DNA of 64,000 nucleotides from Neodothiora populina. Lineage: Eukaryota. The stretch is from positions 744,001 through 808,000 of the forward strand of contig NW_027191415.1 in assembly GCF_041146345.1 (NCBI RefSeq), written 5' to 3'. Under the pieces are notes generated by a model that was not told where the DNA came from, ran no database searches, and saw nothing but the letters and a program-made list of their open reading frames with translations. Below are positions 34,517 through 52,723 of the stretch, piece after piece. Numbering within the stretch: position 1 is the stretch's first letter; every line of letters begins with the position of its first letter. The translations under genes were made by a program, and so were the position numbers.

Positions 34517-37500
34517 TTAGTCAATCAGGTCCTCGTCCTCATCGTCAATACTGTCCAAGAGATCCTGCACATCTTCATCATCAGCCATGCCGCTAAAGTC
34601 ATACTCTTGTACCGAATCATCAATGCGAGTCCCCTCCGCTTCCGGGTTCTCGAGTTTGGTCATCTCCATCTCCCGTCGAAGCTGGACGGTAGCTTCATCT
34701 TCTTCTTCCTCGAGATCCACATCCGTCCCGTCAACATCTGCAGTGTGCTGTACGGTTGTGTCGGCCTCACGACCAGTTATAGCAGTCTCGTCCAGTACAG
34801 TCTCCATGTCTCCGCCCCGCTCGGCTGTGGCGATGTCGTGCATCAGCTTCAGCAGGGTGGTTTGGAGCTTGGTGAGCGTATTACGGCTTGTAGCATCCGA
34901 CGCAACCTTGGTTTCGACTGCTTCGGCCACGAGTTCGAGGACAGTGCGAAGTAACTCGGGATCTGGGTTGGGCACGGCCAGATGCAGCTTGCCTAGCATG
35001 GAGAACAGAACCTTGCGTTCCTCCTCTGCAAGTACGATTAGCTCGAGTTTCAATGACAGCGACATCTGCGAGACTTACTGCTACTTTGACTGGTGACGAG
35101 CTTTTCCAAGATCTGCTCTGCGAGGATGTAATGTGTCATGTCGCTGGCATTTACGGCGACGCTACCCTCTTCGACCTTGATCTTCACGGGTGCTTGACCG
35201 CTTTCTTCATTGCCGATTATTTTCCTTGGATCGGTCCAGTCCACCAGCAAACCACCTATCGTGGCGAGTGTCACCATTTCCCCTTCTTCCACATCCTCGT
35301 CCTCCATGAAAGCTTCGCGAAGCGTTGACAGTCGGCTGATCACCCCTGTAGCGACGATTGCCATCTTTTGTGCATTAGTCGCTCGTGAGTGGCAATACAC
35401 CGGGAGGAAATAGCTTAGTGCTTGTCGCAAGGAAGCATTCGTCGTTGTCTCTGGGTCGAAGAAAGATATGACAAGTAGCTTGAGAAGATCGTTGTCGGTG
35501 ACGAGCTGCGAAAGCATGAGCTTGGATATGGCGTTGGCACCCATTGCCTGAACTTCGGGCTCCGCTGATTTGAGCGACTTTGCGAAAGCCTTGAGCACTG
35601 GCTTGAGTAAAGGTGAGACTTCTGTGCCCGAGGCAGTCATTGATGTCTGATCAGGATCAGTGGCTGCTTGTAGGGGTGCGAGCAGTGATGGATGAGTGCT
35701 GAGGATGTCTGTGATGATTTGGAGTGAGATGGTCTGAAGAGCCGGATGGCCCTTCGCGAAGCAGTGTAAGAAAAGTGTTAGGTTTTCTTGAGCGAGATTC
35801 TGTATCTTTGTTAGTATGGTGAGACTGACGCATTTTCGGACAAACTCACCTTTCCGAGCAAGCAGCAAAGCCCTAGGCAAACCAGACCTCTCTCTCTTAT
35901 GGGAGCCTCCTGGCTGCGCACTGCTGGTACCACGAGATTGTTAAGCATCGTGACCAGATGCATGTTCTGCTCCAAGTCGCACTGGACATTCTGAAGCATA
36001 CATTGCGCAATGTGTAGACACTTCATGTTGACCATGATCTCTCTGATAGCTTTTTCTTCGTCGACCATGTCTACGTCGTCGTCGTCATCAACACGTTTAG
36101 CCTTTGTCTTCTTCCTCGCGGCTTGCTCCTGGCTAAGCTCACTACGAGCGGAGTGAAAGCTATCCTCGTCATCGTCCTCGGTTTCGTCCTTTTCTGCCTC
36201 ATCACCCATGATCGTGTCGTGGACTTCGGCTATGGCTTCGAGTACGATACCACAGAATTCGCTCTCGCCTTTACCGCTGGCGTCCTCGCCACAGACTAGG
36301 CGTAACACTTCAACGCAGAGCTTCGTCGACTCTTCGGGTAATTCGGGCATCGCTAATGCTTCACGCATGAGGCTGAACATCTTGCGGCGACCGACCTCGT
36401 CGCTGTAGTCGAATGTCAAGGCCATATGTAGCATCTGCTCCACCACGAACTCTCGCTGAACGCAGTCCTCGTCAGCCTCCTCATCACCATCGCCGTCCGG
36501 TCCACCGCTTGCGGCCTGACGAACACATCCGATGAGACCGTTGATCTGTATCTCGAGTAGGACGCCGAATCTAGTGACCTCGGGCATCTTGACCTCGAGG
36601 ATATCCAGTAGTCTTCCATCCTCTTCACTGCCCTTGGTGCGGCAGTAGTCGTTGAAAGTACGCGCAACGAAGACGCTTTCAGGCGTAAGTTCGTTCCAGA
36701 AGGCCTCGGTGTCGAAAATAACGTAATCCCTGTAGTCTGGTCGGCCCTGCCAGAAGTCGCGCATGGCATCTAAAGCGACTCCACCGGTCGCACCCGAGTT
36801 TGTCACATCGATGCGCTCCAGTAATTCCAAAAGCGCATCCAGACTCGGTGCAGCAGCCTGGACAACTCCAGGCTTCTTTGAGTTGCCATCGGATTCGTCG
36901 TTCGGCGTAGGCGAAGAGGCTGCTGCTGGGAGGGCGGCGCAGTCTTCGATCCAGCGCTCTCTGAAGAGGCGAGCTGTAGCTTTTCGTACCGTTTCGTCTC
37001 GATCACGCAATCCCCAGCGCAGTAGTTTCTCGCGATGTGTCAAACTGAGATGTCTGAAGTCTCCTAATGCAGGAAGGAGGCGTGAATATAGTGCTCTTCT
37101 CGTTGCAGCATCGAGGTCTCTCGCTCTCTCCAGAAGGTATGGTAAGGTCGAAGGAGTCAACGGCAGGTTGAGAAGGAGGGCGCGTCTGACTTCTGCTGAA
37201 GGGTCGTTCTGCAAGGCGTTCAAGAGCTTCTCTATCACCCCGGATCCCGTATCATCATCATCACTATCTTCATCGTCTTGCTCCTCGTCGAGCTCAGCTG
37301 CTAGGCGACTGAGACCATATATCGCATGCATACGAACGGAGGCCTCCTTGTCATGTATGCGCTTGAGAAGGGTCAAACGAAGCAGATGAAACATGTTGTC
37401 GTCCAGAGTGTCGAGAGTGTTGATGATGTGCGCGGTGATCTGGGTGGCGCGAAAGCGCACAATCCTATCTTTGGAAGACAAGAGCTGTAGTAAAGTCGTA

Positions 37501-37979
37501 AGAATGCCTGTCACCAAACGCGAAGTAGGCGTCTCGGGCAGAGCAGCTCCTTCGTCCTCCTGATCAGACGCCGCAATCTGGTTGTCCTTCTCGCTTGCGA
37601 CTCTGAGGAAGACGCCTAGGAACTTGACTATCCTGTCACCGACCGTTTCGCTCTTTTTGATGACAAGTACGCGTAGAAGACATCTGATGATCTCCGCGTT
37701 AAAGTCATCCTCGTCGAAATCATACTCGACATGCGACTTCTTTCCTGGCAAGGGCTCATAACAACAGGCTTCCTGGATCTTCCTCAAGTTGATGACGAGC
37801 TTGCGGTGAGCTGCGTTGGAGCGTTGAGCATCGACGAAGATGGCTTGTATGTGATTTCGCAGTAGGGTAGCCGGTCCCTCATCTGGTATGTTGCTGGTGG
37901 GAGACGCAGTGCGCTGTTTGGCGCTTTTGCGCGCCGAGGCGGCGCCTCTGGAGGATGGGCCTGCAACCCTGGCGGGCAT
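34517..37979 (-). CDS. YCG1: Condensin subunit CAP-G (Ycg1/Cnd3); introns 35800-35849 and 35026-35078
   Basis: HEAT-repeat protein with QNDPSAEVRRA, LLERARDLD, FDYSDEVGRRKMF and LRQALSYFLPVYC. Confidence 0.93.
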
Positions 37980-38912
37980 GGTTGAGAGATGGCTTTTATC
38001 TGCTACTGCTCTGCTCGACTGGCCGAGGTCGCATTGGTGAAATGTTCGTCGTCTGGGTATTGTCGTAGAAAGGTCTTGGTATACCAAACAACCAAAGAAT
38101 CATGTATAGCGAACTTTCGGATGTTTACTCGTATCCTTCATCGTCAAAACATTGGACCCTGCCAAGGAGTGGGTTGTTTGAATACTCGTACGGCAGTAGT
38201 AGTACTCTCTCGAGGTACCTAAGGTACCTTACACTCCTGTAGCTGAGGTAAGGCAGCTGAGGTAGTCACTCGTCAATTGCTAGATGAAACAGTAGAACGC
38301 CGTTATCATACTAACATAACTATACAGAGTTAGCTCAGCGAGGTTTGATAAGTCTCGGTCTCCAGTTTCAGCAGATCAAAGCTGTGGATCAGATTTCGAG
38401 TCCTTGCAGCCCAGTCAGGCAATAACATCAACAACGATAATGAGCCATGGGAAAGACTCATACAGACGTGGACGAGTGGATTGGTGAGTAAGTGAGCGAG
38501 AAGGACCAAGTAGTCGATCTCTTCGTCGATCTTGTGTCGGTTTCTTGCTGTTATACCATCATATAGTCTTGTAGTCGTCCATTATTACAGATGAAGTAAA
38601 TCGAAGTTAAGGTACTTGCACGCGGTTTACCGACCGTGGTAGGCACTTCCGTCCACCAAGGTAGTCTCATCGAATTCTTCATAGGCAATAAATATACTAT
38701 GCTTGCAAGAGATGTATATAAAAACGAAACGAAAGCGTGCTGACTGTGATGCGTTGTAGTGCAAGAAGACAAGGGGAAATTATAGCGATAATCGTACACG
38801 GTGAGAATATACATCCATATTGATTGCCGGACTGACTCGGACTCGACTCATCTTATCTGGTACATGGCGACCCAAGTATTCGCGCCTCTCCTTCTTTTTC
38901 TCTGCTCAACCC

Positions 38913-39991
38913 TTACAAACTGATCTCACCCCTCCACGTACCCTCGGTGAGACCAAGCGTCTCAATGAGATTCTGCCAGCGAGGACCACCTCTCTCCTTG
39001 CGTCTGAGATAGCTCAACAACTTCTGTCTCTTGTGCACAAGGACCCTCAAATTCCTCTTGTTGATCTTGTCAGTGGGTCCCCTGGACTCGAGGAAGTCGG
39101 CCAACGTCTTGATCTTGGCGGTGAGAATCGCGACTTGCACCTCGCTGCTTCCCGTGTCCGGGCCCGCTCGGGGTGCCTTTTCCAATTGCACTGAGGGGGC
39201 TATGGAGGCGGCCACGGCGGGCTTGGGAGGCAGGGAGCTGTCGGTCGTGTGCCGGCCGAAGGTGGAGATGCACCGCTGGATGTTGACGCGCAGTTTGTCC
39301 TTTGAAGAGCCGTTTGCCAGCGAGGCGATCCTGTTCAGAGCTTCGGTGGCCGTCGTGTGGCGCTCTTCGCGCGTTGCTTTCTCTTTCGCGACGGTTTCTT
39401 CGTCGAGGACTTGGCCGAAGGTTGGCACGGGGGCGAGCAGGAGCGCCGAGTGAGCGACTGCTTGCTTGACTTCTTCCTTGTTCAAGAAGAAGTTGAGATT
39501 GCCCTCGCTGCTGGCGTGGGGTTGATTGGGTGATGAGGGGGACACTCGGTCTCCCCGGCCAACGGTGTGGGTCTGGGTTGTTGACTGGGGAGTCGGAGGC
39601 GGCGGAACTGCGTCGTCGAAGGAGCGGATAAAGGGGGTAGTGATGCCTCGTACGGGGTCCCCCAGGCTCTCTGATCGTGTCGTCTTGAGAAGTCGTTGGC
39701 GGGAGATGTTGGCTTCCTTGCGGGCCTTGGCCTGGGCGATGGCGTAGGGGTCTCGGTGTCGTCTCTTCTGGGCTACGGTGGATGCTCGATCTGCTGGTGT
39801 GCTAGAGAATGCGCGGCGAATGGCTGAGAGTGCGGATGTGGGTGCGCCGGAGGACGAGGTGGTGGTGATGGCGGAGGTTGTGGTGCCTGTAGGGGAAGAT
39901 CAGATGAGGCGCACTGTGCTGATTGACAGAAGATACAATTTGTACCATTGATAGCCCGCAGGCTCGACAAGAGCGATACTCTTGGAGGCAT
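38913..39991 (-). CDS. MRPS28: Mitochondrial ribosomal protein uS15m (intron 39887-39945)
   Basis: Presequence-like N-terminus and S15 motifs DTGSSEVQVAILT and LVHKRQKLLSYLRRK. Confidence 0.9.
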
Positions 39992-40357
39992 GGTGGATGT
40001 GTGGTCGTGGTTGTTGTGCTGTGCAATCTACCACCAGACTGTCGACGACATGAACTTTCTGACCATCAACTCAACTTTCTGGACCTTCCGCCGGCGGACA
40101 GACACAGACACGGGAGACCCTGGCCCTGGTGGTCTTGATGCCAAGAGATATCGGTGTCAACTCTACACTTTTCGCCGACCACAAAACTGCCAAGATCTCC
40201 ATTGAGAGAAGACGCACGCTAGATTCGCTAAGCGAGAACGCACTGCGGTCAACTTCTAACACATCCGCCAGAGCAATCCATCTTTTTGCGTCGCGATCAG
40301 GTCAAGTTCAACAGTCAATCCCATCCCCCTCAACTCCCTCCACCAAACCACGTCAAA

Positions 40358-41415
40358 ATGGCCCCTTCCAACTTGCCCGCGTCCATGAACGCCACCAGCC
40401 AGGACATTGAGATGCTTCTCGCAGCTCAGTCCCACCTTGGCAGCAAGAACCTCCAGGTTCACATGGAGCCTTACCTCTGGAAGACTCGCCCTGACGGTGT
40501 CAACGTTATCAACATTGGCAAGACCTGGTGCGTTTTTCTCTCTATTCTTTGTTTTCTATTACATTCAGTCCTCGCGCCCAGTCCTGCTGGCCTGCGCAAT
40601 GCGACAATGCTAGAAACATAGACCACAAAAAACATCCGAAGAAGGAAGCTCATTCATTTCACAGGGAGAAGATTGTCCTCGCCGCCCGTATCATCGCCGC
40701 CATTGACAACCCCGCCGACATTTGCGTCATCTCCGCTCGTCCTTACGGCCAGCGTGCTGTTCTCAAGTTCGCCGCCCACACCGGTGCTGTCGCCATTGCC
40801 GGTCGCTTCACCCCCGGTAACTTCACCAACTACATCACCCGTTCCTTCAAGGAGCCCCGTCTCATCATCGTCACCGACCCCCGCACCGATGCTCAGGCCA
40901 TCAAGGAGGCTTCCTACGTCAACATTCCCGTCATTGCCCTCTGCGACACTGACTCTCCCACCGAGTACGTTGATGTTGCCATCCCCACCAACAACAAGGG
41001 TCGTCACGCCATCGGTCTCGTCTGGTGGATGCTCGCCCGTGAGGTCCTCCGTCTCCGTGGCACTCTCGCCAGCCGTGAGGCCGAGTGGGACGTCATGACC
41101 GATCTTTACTTCTACCGCGACCCCGAGGCCGAGGAGAACAAGGACACCGCCGGCAAGGACGAGGCCGAGGTTCCCGGCGTCGCCGCCGTCGGCGAGGCTG
41201 CCGTCGAGAGCGGGTTCGTCAACGAGTGGGAGGTCAGCGGTGCCAACCCTGGCGCTTTCGCCGCTGCCGGCAACACTGAGGGTGCTGCCGCCGCCGCCAC
41301 CTGGGAGGCTGATGGTGCCGACTGGGCCGCCTCTTCCGCCCCTGTGCAGACCGGCAACGAGGGCTGGGCTTCCGAGACCGCTGCCCAGACTCAGCCCGAG
41401 CAGCAGCAGTGGTAG
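40358..41415 (+). CDS. RPS0: 40S ribosomal protein S0 (uS2); intron 40528-40664
   Basis: Motifs [23 protein letters not shown] and [23 protein letters not shown], with strong codon bias. Confidence 0.98.
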
Positions 41416-42239
41416 ATTTACTACACGACCAAGCGCTGAAGGAAAAAAAACCAAGAGCCTGGTTTATGTTGTGGGACTGGAAGATTGATCGAGGGTGTGG
41501 AGGTCAAAGAGGTAAACCCCTACATTCATCGAGAGATTGACCAAGCAAAACAAAAAGTTTCAAAGTCACTTGTTCTACCGAGAGGCCCTTTCGAAAGTTC
41601 CCTCATTCATATCACCCTGTCACTACCTTATCCTTGCTTCACTAGGTCAAAGAGACCGGCGCTTACGAGGGAAAGATACCCACCGGCTGTCTAACCATGG
41701 TCCTTGGGGGAAAGCCCTGTGCTGTCTTGACGGGATGTAGCGAGAGCCATTCCATCTAGCTTTAGCAAGACACTGCCATTAGCTATTCGCCCCGGCCCAC
41801 ACTTTTGCATGTCTTTTTGGTGCCTTTGTGATGATGAAACATTTCGTAGAAGGTGATTGCCGTGCACGTCAAAGTCTCGGCTGTGGAGCTTGATGTTTAT
41901 TGTGTCTGTGATCAGAGTCTGGAACATACATATCCATGTTGGTCCTGGTAATTAGCTGGCGTGATGTTGTAAATTTTAAGCTTTTTTCCTGATAATTCTG
42001 GGGAAGAATTCATTATCAGCGCACCTCGAGGCATCCCATTGGCTCCGATCTCGCCTGGTCACCTTATTGCTGTATGAGTCGCAGATTGCTGTGTTTCTTT
42101 GGCAGTGTATCGCCGCTTCCACATCTAGGCCTCTCGCTCGACATATACCTTACACAATTCACTCGCGGGATAATCACGACTCTGGCTCCTCGGAAGAAAG
42201 AAGGCACCCACCTCTAAACCAATAAGGCTCCCTTAATAA

Positions 42240-47237
<4,998 letters not shown>

Positions 47238-47355
47238 AAGCGCCTCTTGGAAGAGTCAAATCGTGCATGAACGTCGCTCTAGTGTTGTCTGGACCTTTTC
47301 CCTATCCTTCTTCCCTTTCTTTGTCCCTAGGTGCTTCGTGTGGATCCGAAAATAG

Positions 47356-47379
47356 AGCGATGAAGCGATGAAGCGATGA
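47356..47379 (+). repeat. (AGCGATGA)3 tandem repeat in the ARO1 3' region
   Basis: Read directly from the sequence. Confidence 0.85.
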
Positions 47380-47884
47380 AGATTGTGGTAGAGGGCAAAG
47401 GGAGATGGAGATTGTTTCTTCGCTTCGGATAATCGCTGTCCCTCCCTGGCTTCTTCGGTGTATAGACATACATGACTTGAACTTTCCCATATTGATATAT
47501 ACAAAATAAAAAGTACTTCTTCTCTCCCCTGTTTTGTTTTCTTGCTGGACATAGATTCTCAAAATGAGATGTAGGTGATTCATACAAACATTTTTCGCGT
47601 TGTCTCAGGACTACACCACGGTATGGTGAAAGTACATGTCTCACCAGCGATGAAACAGATAAAAATTGGTCGTGATCACTTTGAAATCTTCACAACAAGA
47701 CATGGTGGTGTATTGTTCAAACTCAACTAAGTCGGAAGAATTGCATTACATATGCGATTGTTTCACTTGCGTCTGCCCTTTCTCCTTCCAGGCTACATGC
47801 AAACTACCAAAATATTTCTCCAAAAAAAAGATATTGTCGTCATATGCTTGCTTTCTTTCTTGCTCGCTTGCTTGCTAACTCCAT

Positions 47885-49460
47885 TCACCAGTTAGATGTG
47901 CGCTTAATGGCTTCGTTCTGCACGACTTCGATCCAGTAGTTGTCGGGATCTGTGATCCTCAGCATTAGTCGTCAAGCCAAAAACAAATTAAGACGAAGTG
48001 GACAGAGGTAAGTCAATAGATGAGAGAAGAGAAAGAAAGAGGGAAGATATACCGAGGACGAAAGCAATGTTCTTCATACGACCGTCTGTCAGGCGCTTCT
48101 TCCAGTTGACGCCCTTTTCCTCGAATCGCTCGCACGCCTTTTCGAGGTCGTCGACTGAGAGGCAGATGTGGCCGAAACCTGCGAGACACGCGATGTGAGC
48201 ATATGTCATAGTTCAGAAGGTGAGTTTGGAGCTTGTGTTGAAAATTTACCTTGGGGTTCGTCGTTGCCGTTGTGGTAAACTTGGCCTTCTTGCTTCTCGG
48301 TTCCGTAGTTCCATCTGTGATGTATTTTAGTCAGACGGAATTAAGATGGGAATAGTGACAAGACTCACGTCAATTCGAGAAGCCCCTCTCTGTCCGCAAC
48401 GGGGTTTACACCGTTGGGAGAAGAGGATGGTGCATCGGGACCGTAGCCCAGGAAGTAGAGGTTGAACTCTGCGTCCTTGTTCTCGGACACGCGCATGAGC
48501 TTCATGCCCATGGTATCCTTGTAGAAGCTGAGCGACTTTTCCGGGTCCTTAACGCGGATCATGGTGTGGTTCATCCGCGTCTTGGTGGTATCGGTCTCCT
48601 TGATGCCCTCGGTCTTTTCCACTGGGTTTTGGCCGATGATTTCAACCTGATGTAGTGTTAACTCGGCAAGGTGTTGTTACAACAGATTTGATTGATCCTC
48701 ACCCAGTATCCATCCGGGTCAAGAGCGAATGCGATCGACCGCATCCTGCCGTCTGTGAGCTTCTTCTGGAATTTGTAGCCTGCATCCTCGATTCTTTGGC
48801 AAGCAGCCTGGATATTGTCGACACTGATACAGATGTGGCCGAAACTAGATACACCTTAGTTTCGAATAAAGACTTGGGCAGAGCGACAAATCTCACCCTT
48901 TGTGGGGATCAGTGTTGCCGTTGGTAATCTTGTAGTTAGGATCATCCTCGGTTCCGTAGTTGTGCGTGAGTTCGATGATGCCTTCACGGTTCGTCCAGTG
49001 CTTTCCGTTGGATACACTGTTTGGACCGTCGAAGGCCAAAAAGTACAGACAGAACTTGGCATCAGGGTTGTCGATCTTGTTGATCAATTTCATACCCAAG
49101 TGTTCTTTGCAGCATGTCAGTAATAAGAAGACAATAATTACATTGAGCTACGAACCGTAGAACTTGACACTTCCCTGAGGATCTTTCACTCGCTGGGATT
49201 CGTCAGATCATGCTTCGAGATTAGTACAAATAGCCACTCACAATCATAGTATGATTCAGGAGATACTTGGATGGATCAGACATTTTGGCGAGTAGGGGTA
49301 CACTTGTCGAATAGGACTTTGTAGGTGAATTTACTGCAAGTCGTGTATTGAATTGTTTCACGAATGGCTGCGCAGTAGAAGTGCGGGTGATAATGCGTTG
49401 ATGGATGCAACAGAGCTCTTGCGATATGTGAGGAAGATTACGGGAGATATTTCTCAGCAT
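47885..49460 (-). CDS. GLO1: Glyoxalase I (lactoylglutathione lyase), two VOC domains, 8 exons; in-frame ATGs at 49460 and 49283
   Basis: Duplicated motifs [36 protein letters not shown] and DPDGYW/DPDNYW. Seven GT-AG introns restore the frame. Confidence 0.95.
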
Positions 49461-50456
49461 CGAAATGTTCAATGTGCTGTAGAATAATAGAAAAAAAAAA
49501 CTTGTGATAATTGATTACTTCAATCACCCCTCACACAAAAACAATTGCTACAATATGATGACGATACCTTGAACACACACAGCAGCATCATACCTAGTCC
49601 CCGCAAACGGCATGAACCCTCTCGCGCCTCGGCCGGCGCTTTTTGGGTGGGGGCTTGTGGTGTACCGCCGCCCGCCGGTGTCGCCCCTCGTCCCTCGTTC
49701 CCCTCGACCCGTCTGCGGTCGCTTTCACACCCGGCGATTTGGGTTGCACTGGCCTATTTCACGTATGCCACAACACATAAGACCATGTCGCATGAACGAG
49801 TGTTTCTTTTAGCATTGGACAACACACGATATTGCATAGAAAAGAAGACTGACACGCCTAGAACAAAGAAATAAAAATTGCACGTTTATAGCTAGCCACG
49901 TGCTTCGCTGCCGAGTTGCAAGCACGCAGGGTTTATCAATCACCGAATCTTACAGTAGGCTTCCAGACCCCACATCGACTCATCCCGTCGCAATTGGAGG
50001 GGCAGCGCAGCGCAGCCAAAGGCAGTCTGCGGAAGCACCACGGCTTGCTTCCTCTCACCAATTCCCCTCGACTCGACTCGAGCTCGTCACCACAATTTCC
50101 AATACATCCCATTTCCCCGAAAGGTCCGGCTTCGCCAACCCCTCCACCATCTTGAACCACAGCAACTTCCAATCTTATACCACTTTTTGTCAGCCACAGA
50201 ATAAATCGCTGGTTATAGGTCACCCTCACCATACAAACCGCCCACTACGCTGTCTTCCAGGCTTGCGCTGCGACCGACGCGGCTGCCTACTTTCAGCCCG
50301 GCATATTACCCGCGAACCACCGCCTTCCCATCGTCGTCCGCGACTGCCAATTTCAAGGATACACTTAACTTTTCTCCACCTGCGCTACATACCACTAAGA
50401 AATTCAGTCTTGCGCATCCATCTTGGAGTCTTTTCGCCCACGACAAACCAGTAATT

Positions 50457-51488
50457 ATGGAGGGTGCTACGATATCCGGTGACCTCACCATGGACAACTA
50501 CCGATTCCCTACACAAAGGCTCAAGTCCACCATGAAGGACAGCTCTCGCACGCCGTTGGTCTTCATTGCCTGCGGCTCCTTCAGTCCGATCACTTTTCTA
50601 CATCTCAGAATGTTCGAGATGGCTGCAGGTGTGCATTAGACCTACAACTTGATATTTGTAATTCACAGTCTTCTAACCGTCACTTTCTCCATTGAGTAGA
50701 TTACGCACGATTCAACACCAATTTCGAAGTCGTCGGCGCATACCTCAGTGCCGTCGGTGATGCTTACAAGAAGAGCGGGCTGGTCAAGGCTGAACACAGG
50801 ATAAACATGTGCAGCCTTGCTGTCGACCAGAGCAGCTGGATCAGTGGTATGTTTATGTTCCGATGTATCCGCACTCGCAATACACGGTGTCTAATGTACA
50901 TGTAGTCGACCCGTGGGAGGCTCTCCATGACGAGTACCTCGAGACGGCCAAGGTTCTCGACCACTTCGAGCATGAAATCAATCAAGTCCGAGGTGGTATC
51001 GACACACCCAACGGCAAGAAGAAGGCAAGAATCGCTCTGCTCGCCGGAGCCGATCTGATCCAGACCATGTCAGCACCCGGCGTTTGGGCCCCCAAAGATA
51101 TTGATTACATCTTAAGCAACTTTGGTGCTTTCATAATCGAGGTATGTCACTTTTTCATCGGCCCACATCTCATAGCTTTATTCCTAATGAATTTCTACAG
51201 AGAGCCGGCACGGACATCGACGAGGCCTTGTCCACCCTACAACAGTGGAAGGACAACATCCACGTCGTGCAACAACTCGTTCAAAACGACATATCCAGCA
51301 CCAAGATCCGGCTGTTCCGCAAGCGCGACATGAGCATACGCTATCTCGTGCCCGAACCCGTGGTGAAATACATTGAGGAGAACGGCCTCTACGACGAAGA
51401 CGGCGCAGGCAGCACTCACGAAAACTCCAAGAAGCCAGGCGAGAGTATCGCTGCCCCTGTCGTCGGCTCGGGCTCTGGCACTAATTAG
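50457..51488 (+). CDS. NMA1: Nicotinamide/nicotinate mononucleotide adenylyltransferase (introns 50629-50699, 50847-50905, 51142-51200)
   Basis: Motifs CGSFSPITFLHLRMFE, VDPWEAL, LLAGADL and NDISSTKIRLF. Confidence 0.95.
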
Positions 51489-52048
51489 GCCTGCCTGCTT
51501 TTCGTGGCCTTTTCATTCTTTGTTCTTCTGCGTATATACTCTCATTGTTGTTGGCCTTTTGATTTGATGATACACCTGCATGTTTTCCTTTTTTTCTTTT
51601 TTCTTTTCCATCTCGCGGGGAGGAACACGCTCTGTTGTACGAAAGCTCTCGATCACGCGTATAGTATATATTCTCGCACATTGGCGTTTATTGCTGGAAG
51701 ATGGATCGAGCCGAGGGAAGGTGGATGGGTTATAGACACAAAGATGTTCAGACGTGGGTCACGCCCATGAGGAGTCTGGTAGGGAGGGAGCTCACTCACG
51801 TGGGAGAGATAGATGCACAGCCCGCTCGGATAGCATGAGACATTTAGGACGTTGCAATGAAATAATAACAAACTAGTCCGACCATTCCGTCGGAAGTCAA
51901 TAAGATGCATGTTCGACTGAAAAGCATAGCATGCCAGAAATATGATCATGTGCAATTCTGATATGCTATACACGCTGTCTGTTTACTTGTGTCATTACTG
52001 TATGACTCGATAAAAGGCGACTACAACAAAAGCCAACTCGGGTTCTCT

Positions 52049-52723
52049 CTACGAAGAATACTTTTGTCCAGACGCAGCCTTGTCGGGGCTACCGCCTCCA
52101 GACGTCCTCGCTCTATCACTGGGTCCCTTCCCAGACTGGGCCGAGGAGCTCTGGCTACCGCCCTCGGTAGAGCCTCTCGGCTTGCTGACCTCTTGGTTGG
52201 CCGGGCTGACGTTGAGCGGGTTCGAGTCCTGTCCCGCCTTGCTATGTCAGCCTTTCCTTATCATTGAACGTTTCTCAATGGAAGGAACCCTCCCTTCCCT
52301 TCCACGTCTTTTTCGTCCCCCACATCCCACCACAAGTATAGCACAACGAAGGACAGAAAAAGGAGGGAAAAGGAAACGTACCTGCTTAGCCTCCTGGCCC
52401 GCAGAATCATGTTCAGCCTCCGGAGAAGTGATGTCAGGATCAAACGCAGTCTTGTCCACTGCGGCCGCCGCGTCGTCGGACCCAGACTTGCTGTACTCGT
52501 TTGGCTCGGGCTTCAGACTGTCTTTGTCCTGAGTGTCCTTGCGGGCGAGCAGCGTGGTTCGTTGCGAGAAGGTGCGGCGTCCTGCTGCTGGTGTGATCTG
52601 TCGGGGTGCAAATAATGATGCTGTTGCTGCTCTTGCTGAGGAGGTGGTCGAGAGGGAGATAGATGATGTTGATGGTGCGGCGGATAGGACGCGGCGGGAT
52701 AGAGTGCTGCGGAACATGTTCAT
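52049..52723 (-). CDS. Small hydrophilic protein with a predicted mitochondrial presequence (one intron, about 52238-52381)
   Basis: R/S/T-rich, acid-free N-terminus, then a hydrophilic region SLKPEPNEYSKSGSDD..AFDP..TSPE..NPLNVSPAN. The exact splice acceptor is uncertain. Confidence 0.75.

Noticed and set aside
11654..37979. OB-fold protein, RAD9, YCG1 (and MCM5) as a genome-maintenance cluster
   Set aside because: They are separated by unrelated genes, and this density is plausible by chance in a compact genome.
40654..41454. 266-aa antisense ORF over RPS0, and similar ORFs over ARO1 (43245-44726), NRP1 (24040-24924) and the DUF3295 gene (60884-61852)
   Set aside because: These are expected shadows of strong codon bias on the sense strand.
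49600..49760. GC-rich patch between GLO1 and NMA1 as a possible structured ncRNA
   Set aside because: No recognisable RNA family motif or long stem. It is compatible with a CGG-rich promoter.
49900..50454. 184-codon open frame ending just before the NMA1 ATG
   Set aside because: It starts at GTG with no ATG, is in a different frame from NMA1, and has non-protein-like composition. It is probably promoter or 5' UTR.
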